From Kiritimatiellia bacterium (lineage in GTDB: Bacteria > Verrucomicrobiota > Kiritimatiellia > RFP12 > UBA1067), in NCBI GenBank assembly GCA_017542055.1, contig JAFXXW010000010.1, positions 11,438 through 75,437 of the forward strand: a stretch of 64,000 nt of DNA. The letters are read 5' to 3'. Numbering within the stretch: the stretch's first letter is position 1; each line of letters starts with the position of its first letter. Below, piece after piece: positions 63,562 through 64,000 of this stretch. The translations under genes were made by a program, and so were the position numbers. The notes under the pieces were generated by a model that saw only the letters and a program-made list of their open reading frames with translations, did no database searches and had not been told where the DNA came from.

Positions 63562-63802
63562 GTGCTATCTTGGAGCGTTTTTAGCCAGTTTTGACCTCAA
63601 GATAGCACAAAGCTTGTGCTATCATTGTGCTATCTTCCGAAAAGAGATAATTTAGTTTTTATTAGAGAATTTAATATATTATTATAATATATATCTATCT
63701 CTATTTTCAAGATAGCACAAAATACCTATTCCCGCACACACTGATTTTTTGGCCTTTTTTAGCCCCTATTTGCAGGTGCCTTGTGCTATCTGTGCTATCT
63801 TG
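63562..63802. repeat. seven GTGCTATCTTG-type sites flanking a ~65-bp AT-rich tract (origin/partition/operator-like)
   Basis: Forward sites at 63562, 63616 (partial), 63627, 63783 (partial) and 63792. Reverse sites CAAGATAGCAC at 63598 and 63708. GATAGCAC-aaagctt-GTGCTATC dyad at 63601-63623. AT-rich tract at 63641-63707. Confidence 0.85.
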
Positions 63803-64000
63803 ACTTCAAGCCTTCCACCAGCCACTCGTAATATAGCTGTTTCAGAAGCGAATTTAGCTTTTCGGCATATTTGCGCGCTTCTTCCTCGCTTTCGAACACA
63901 AACATGCGTTCATGCCGGTCATAGAGCGACCTTAGTAGTGTAAGGTGCTCCATCAAAGGCGCATACACTGCCGCGTGAATGTCTTTAGCCACGCGTCCGG
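63795..64000 (-). CDS. hypothetical protein, probably 5'-truncated by window edge
   Basis: Track ORF 63795..63992 (GTG). The frame stays open to nt 64000. No recognisable motif. The 3' end overlaps the last GTGCTATCTTG sites. Confidence 0.35.
   Translation of the reverse strand, partial: GRVAKDIHAAVYAPLMEHLTLLRSLYDRHERMFVFESEEEARKYAEKLNSLLKQLYYEWLVEGLKSR

Noticed and set aside
63353-63655. 100-aa plus-strand ORF and 63357..63557(-) ORF across the 22-bp repeat array
   Set aside because: Their reading frames are generated by the tandem DNA repeats themselves. There is no start context, no SD and no motif. The region is better explained as non-coding binding-site arrays.
1-64000. tRNA, rRNA, tmRNA, RNase P or riboswitch genes
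   Set aside because: The intergenic space is tiny except at 30159-31109, 61224-61667 and 63287-63794, and those regions are filled by the repeats described above. I could not trace any cloverleaf-like or Rfam-like conserved core by eye. A covariance-model scan would be needed to be certain.

Overview
High-G+C bacterial chromosomal window, almost fully coding. Genes sit in long same-strand blocks with many 1-29 nt start/stop overlaps. PATR-type repeats, a DUF1570-like peptidase and a CotH/LTD giant protein suggest a PVC-group organism (Verrucomicrobia/Lentisphaerae/Kiritimatiellae-like); this is inference only. All calls come from reading motifs in the supplied translations and DNA; no searches were run.

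Gene layout:
- Plus block 1-15161: dut, def, a fucokinase/GHMP-kinase-like gene, an FmdB zinc ribbon and tadA. A promoter-led operon follows: UDP-glucuronate decarboxylase, two MsbA-like ABC half-transporters, DUF212, EamA, thiC, trxA, KamA-like radical SAM, SDR and a C39-like peptidase.
- Plus block 15273-30158: a 3409-aa secreted giant protein, then split class-I fumarase, ligA and a DUF1570-like peptidase. The giant protein has 2 metzincin modules, PATR and LamG-like regions, and LTD-CotH-LTD.
- 30160-31066: low-GC repeat-rich islet.
- Plus block 31110-40318: aldolase, M18 aminopeptidase, oxidoreductase, aminotransferase, rarA, an EF-hand membrane protein and uvrB.
- Minus blocks: rmuC through a DeoC fusion (47941-40315); pflB-pflA (51000-48029); and a 12-gene overlapped operon (61223-51072). 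That operon runs thiD, His-phosphatase, pseudouridine synthase, KASIII, ACP, FkbH-like, SDR, glf, short UGDH-like, then 3 glycosyltransferases.
- 61264-64000: accessory, lower-GC island with tandem repeats, an AbiEi/AbiEii type IV TA pair, 22-bp iteron-like arrays, and a GTGCTATCTTG site cluster around an AT-rich tract.

Most notable observations:
1. The giant multi-enzyme surface protein.
2. The glyceryl-ACP-type (FkbH/ACP/KASIII/SDR) cassette fused into a galactofuranose/GT operon.
3. A promoter cassette with a conserved spacer, present 7 times. Four copies have an ATG 9-12 nt after the -10, implying leaderless genes or mini-ORFs.
4. Inverted homologous promoter-upstream blocks bracketing about 30 kb.
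5. The origin-like iteron region next to AbiE.

No rRNA, tRNA or CRISPR was recognised.
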